In this document: one piece after another, positions 61,024-64,000 of the stretch | Layout: each line of letters starts with the position of its first letter | Position numbering within the stretch: position 1 is the stretch's first letter | Source of the DNA: Hormiphora californensis | Lineage: Eukaryota; Animalia; Ctenophora | DNA length: 64,000 nucleotides | NCBI GenBank assembly: GCA_020137815.1 | Contig: CM035351.1 | Coordinates: 3,410,001-3,474,000 of the forward strand | Reading direction: 5' to 3' | The notes under the pieces: generated by a model | The model's database searches: none | What the model saw: only the letters and a program-made list of their open reading frames with translations | What the model was told of the DNA's origin: nothing | Position numbers and translations under genes: made by a program

Positions 61024-63215
61024 CTTCCCCAGCTAGTATAAGGGAACCCATCCGAATTGTATGACAGACTAGTGAAAACATCTATTTCTCTTCTGTGACT
61101 TGGCGGATATTTGTTCATAACACTCCGTCCCGCCACAGATCATCTCTCCCCTCTATCGTTCCATGGTAACCCCCGTCTTTAACAGATAGAAGGTTATCTC
61201 TGAATTCAGGGTTGCCACAGCGACACTTCCTTGATCAGGTGCCACGGCCAGGGCAGTGCAGTCAGAGGACAGTGTTAGGGTGTCTGTGGTGCCTTTGCAC
61301 TGGAAAGTGTCCCATACCCGGACACTTTTGTCCCAGGAACAGGATATGAGCATGCCCTCCGCGAAGACGCATGAGGTAACGGGACCACCGTGACCAGATA
61401 GCATCTCCAGGAGACGTCCAGTTTGGAGGGACCAGGTACAGATCTAGGAGAGAAAGGGGGTGTGAGTAGTTAGTAGTCACATCTGGGGTGTAAGTAGCTA
61501 GTAGTCACATCTCACAATATGTAATCGGACGTAACGTGTTTAGCAAAACTTGATTTCTCTTCTAAATCCACTCTCTCGCTCTAGCTCTTTCCACCTGGAA
61601 GGTATCTGTGGTGCCTGCTGCCACGACTTCCCCACTCTGATCACATGTCACACAGGAATACTGAACCGGAGTTGGACAGGTCATTGTCCTGAAGTTGCGG
61701 TACCTGGAAATATTATAAACATGAATACGGGGTTCTCACTACCCTCTCTTACCCCATCCCTATTAAATAGACTGTGACGTGCTTATAATACTCTCTAGAG
61801 CAGGTATTGGTTAGAGTCAAACATTCGCTCCGGAGATTTGGCTAGTCCCACTGGTTTCACGTTCAGTTCATTCAAATTCATGACACTTCAAAAAAGTTCA
61901 TTCACCACCCCCTTGTCTGTCAGGAAACACACTTGTTTCAAATTCAATCAGTGATCCCCCTCCTCCCTCTATGATGAACCACACTGCACTGACAGTTGGT
62001 TTCACCGGTAAAATTTCCGTTTTAAAATCCTTAATAGGGATAATGAAAGAGTGAGCTGTTAAATATAATAAGAGCACGCAATTAAAGGCAACCATATGTA
62101 TATCCTAAATTTCTCCGAGTGTGCGAGGAGGGAGATTGAGAGTGTTTGTAGTGTATGTGAGTTCATGTAGAAACTAACATTATATGCATGAACACACCCC
62201 AACTCCACCCCAACTCTACGAACCTGTAAAGATCGAAAGCCCGGACGGTTCCATCTAGTGATGCTGACAGGAGGACATTCCCAGAGGTTTTAAAGTGTAC
62301 ATCCGATACGGCAGCTGTGTGTTCGTTAAAGGTAACGTAACAGAACCCTGTCTCTGAACTCCATACTTTTACCTTTCCATCATCCCCACCTGCAGGTGTA
62401 TTGTGTAACTGGGTGGTGAATCTTAGATTTCACATGTATTTTATGGGGGAGATTGTTGGGCCACTTGTAGACAGTAGAGGAGGGGTGATCAATAATTCAA
62501 CCGTACATATTTCTTGAATTATTGATGGCATATGATAATACTACACAAGGAACCTACAATGGGCCAATCTGAGTTCAAACAAGGTACTAGCTAACTAGCA
62601 GTACACACTAGCAACCCCTAGTACACATCACCATCTCGGTACTGTACCTGTTGCGATAGAAAGACTATCAGGACTGTACCTGTTGCGATAGAAAGACTAT
62701 CAGGACTGTACCTGTTGCGATAGAAAGACTATCGGTACTGTACCTGTTGCGATAGAAAGACTATCGGTACTGTACCTGTTGCGATAGAAAGACTATCAGG
62801 ACTGTGTGAGAGGCACCTCATAAGGGCACTGTGACCTTGTTGTTTCAGCACATAGCTCTCACTTCTCCATTCCCACACCAACAGCTGACCGTGACCCTGA
62901 CATCCAAAGCTCAACAACTCACCTGCAGATGATTTTAATTAAATGAGAGAGAACAATTGATAAGGAGAAGGGGAAGAGAAAGAAAGTTCATTTAAGAGTA
63001 AGAGGAAGACAACTGCAACCATTCCATCCCAGAATTGAGGGTATTGAATTGGTAAGTGGTGGTAGACAAATTATGGAAAAAGGGGGAAATGTTCCCAAAA
63101 AGCGTTTCTTACTTACCCGAGGGACTGATCGTGACTGCGGATATCTCCCGTTGTGATATGGAGAGAGTGTGTATCTGGTCACATTCAGGGACGTCATACA
63201 TTATAAACTGACCAC
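61024..63215 (-). CDS. PWP2: PWP2, middle portion (gene continues beyond window)
   Basis: GQLLVWEWRSESYVLKQQGH, ATGGDDGKVKVW..GFCYVTFNEH, SASLDGTVRAFDL.RYRNFRT, LSGHGGPV, SWDKSVRVWD; 1-nt indels in 61024-61165. Confidence 0.9.
62637..62803 (-). repeat. 32-bp tandem repeat of PWP2 exon end plus donor, five donors
   Basis: GATAGTCTTTCTATCGCAACAG|GTACAGT at 32-bp period (donors 62774, 62742, 62710, 62678, 62646). Confidence 0.92.
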
Positions 63216-63236
63216 TGCGGAGGGAGTTGGTAGAGA

Positions 63237-63331
<95 letters not shown>

Positions 63332-63507
63332 ACAGAGAGTAAGAAAGAGAGAGTAGGAAAGCGGAGTGTATGTAAAGGAAGAAATTGAATAGTTGCTTAA
63401 ACTGTTTCTCTTGATGATAAGTACTGAACAATCAAACCACACACAAACAAGACAGACACTCTAGGAAATACTTGACACGCCGAAAATAGCCTAACTTTTA
63501 ACATTGA

Positions 63508-63706
63508 CAGGATAAGTATCGGATAATTGTTTATGAGCCGCATGATAATAGTTTGTTGGGATGATATCTCCTTCCGGCTTGATCAATCAGGGACAAAATG
63601 AAATTGAAATTACGGTGTTTTATTAAATTTAATAAAACACCGTAATTTCAATTTCATTTTGTCCCTGATTGATCAAGCCGGAAGGAGATATCATCCCAAC
63701 AAACTA
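63508..63706 (-). mobile_element. Second, 5'-truncated copy of the Penelope-like family
   Basis: Same 3' extension (CAGGATAAGTATCGGATAATTGTTTATGAGCCGCATGATAA on +), ~160-bp perfect palindrome, 12-bp TSD TTTTAACATTGA (63496-63507, 63707-63718). Confidence 0.75.
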
Positions 63707-64000
63707 TTTTAACATTGATATTATTTAAAAAAGTTTCTCTTACTTGGATAATCCGACTACTAGGAGAGCCCCTCTGAGATCTGCACATGCGATACTAACG
63801 CCACCCGGCTGACCTACAAACTTCTTTTCTGCTATCCTCCACTTACTGCAAAGAGAGAGTTGTTATTTGGGTCGTTCAACTAAAAGTTCACCAGTACCAT
63901 GTGATTACACCGTGATTACACCATACAACAAATACTACTCACGTATCAACCTTGCCCCACTTGAAAATCCCTCCGTCCGCACTAACAGAAAAAACCGTTT

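Overview
Eukaryotic (animal) genomic DNA with small introns, many GA/CT microsatellites, two 100-N gaps and several visibly unpolished stretches. A 41-44 nt sequence occurs here that matches, from my recollection, the spliced leader (SL) of cydippid ctenophores (Pleurobrachia/Hormiphora), which suggests a comb-jelly genome. Genes in order: 3' half of a receptor tyrosine kinase (+), M14A carboxypeptidase (+), secreted and probably GPI-anchored Cu/Zn SOD (+), then a tight co-oriented minus-strand cluster ZMAT5 [HAX1-like nested in its intron] > C19orf12-like > GSTZ1/MAAI (with a duplicated exon) > FAH. After that come ADAM10-like (+), PWP2 in two inverted pieces (probably an assembly artefact), a 7SL RNA gene and a WD40 gene. 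Transposons include hAT, Tc1/mariner, Merlin-like, MULE, foldback elements, a full-length L2/CR1-type LINE and two Penelope-like insertions. Main highlights: (1) two unrelated retroelements begin with the SL, so they appear to have retrotransposed from trans-spliced RNA and may regenerate their 5' ends by trans-splicing; (2) an operon-like MAAI-FAH tyrosine-catabolism pair; (3) repeated tandem duplication of splice junctions; (4) a same-strand nested gene.
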